Below, one piece after another: positions 63,352 through 64,000 of a stretch of DNA of 64,000 nt; position 1 is the stretch's first letter; every line of letters begins with the position of its first letter. Under the pieces are notes generated by a model. That model made no database searches. It was not told the DNA's origin and worked only from the letters and a program-made list of their open reading frames with translations. The stretch comes from Trichosphaerium sp. ATCC 40318 (Eukaryota; Protista; Tubulinea): contig JALMLS010000441.1 of assembly GCA_038496445.1 (NCBI GenBank), positions 1 to 64,000 on the forward strand. The letters are read 5' to 3'. The position numbers and the translations under genes were made by a program.

Positions 63352-63864
63352 TTAATGCAACCACGTGCGTTTTCTATTCTTATCAATAATGTATGCTTTT
63401 TCAATTGTACCATCTTCATTCCAATACTCGGATTTACCTATTTCCTTACCCTCTTTGTATGTCTTTTTCATGTACACCTTGCCACTAGCGTACCATTTAG
63501 TACAATCCCCTTCTAATACATTATTGTTGTAGGAACAAACTTCATAGAGTTGCCCGTTTTGATACCATTTCCTTGATACGCCACTTCTTTGTCCGTTTTT
63601 AAACCCAAGTTCGCTCTTTTTGGTTCCATTCTTATGCCATTGTGTACATAGACCATCACGTACGCCCATAGTAAAAGATTGTACTTCTACAAGCTGTTGA
63701 AAGTCCCACTTTTTAAAAACACCGTTTTTTACCAAATCGTATGAGAATCTAGATGTCGTTGCTGTTTGCTTGCATAGTAGTGGCCAAACTACAAAAACAG
63801 AGTTATCAATAGATGTAATGATATAGTGAAGTTCAGTGGGTATGCCCAAAAGCGACGAAGCCAT
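63352..63864 (-). CDS. Intronless F-box-like + MORN_2-repeat protein
   Basis: LLGIPTELHYII (F-box-like), then MORN_2 repeats (GLCTQWHKNG, GVSRKWYQNGQ, GDCTKWYASGK). Confidence 0.85.
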   Translation of the reverse strand: MASSLLGIPTELHYIITSIDNSVFVVWPLLCKQTATTSRFSYDLVKNGVFKKWDFQQLVEVQSFTMGVRDGLCTQWHKNGTKKSELGFKNGQRSGVSRKWYQNGQLYEVCSYNNNVLEGDCTKWYASGKVYMKKTYKEGKEIGKSEYWNEDGTIEKAYIIDKNRKRTWLH

Positions 63865-64000
63865 TACACTAAGTTTGTTGGCCTGCTACGCCAATTTCAA
63901 ATAAAACTATTGGTGTAGGTTAAGTTCGTATAGTGGTTAAGATACTGTAAACTTGTGACAGTATAAAGAAGTATTTTACTGGCGTTTGATAAGTGAGACG

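Noticed and set aside
58000-64000. Integrated giant-virus segment
   Set aside because: No viral hallmark genes, and an intron-rich host-type P450 lies between the intronless genes. Only gene-level transfer can be argued.

Overview
AT-rich, gene-dense eukaryotic (protist-type, plausibly amoeboid) genomic DNA with many short (~40-100 nt) GT-AG and some GC-AG introns. The supplied ORFs are therefore mostly exon fragments, and the gene models below were spliced by hand. About 23 protein genes are supported. Highlights: (1) three genes of one PARP-fold ADP-ribosyltransferase (ART) subfamily with an intact H-Y-E triad. One is a Roco-type protein (pseudo-Ras + degenerate G-like domain + Roc-COR + ART + pseudo-receiver). 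Two are ankyrin-ART paralogues in which every ankyrin repeat is its own 99-nt phase-1 exon, with variation concentrated on the binding surface. Together they look like a sensor-effector defence family. (2) A ~2.7 kb ORF-less region (29.35-32.05 kb) built from repeated stem-loop modules with compensatory base changes and G.U pairs, a candidate undescribed long structured ncRNA or hairpin cluster. (3) Four intronless F-box-MORN / F-box-LRR genes of giant-virus style, one bracketed by two copies of a MITE. (4) Bacterial-type organellar or metabolic genes: Der, AcpS, a rubrerythrin-associated-type Fe-S oxidoreductase and a PhnY*-like dioxygenase. (5) Strong over-representation of CACGTG. All calls are from motif reading only; no searches were run.
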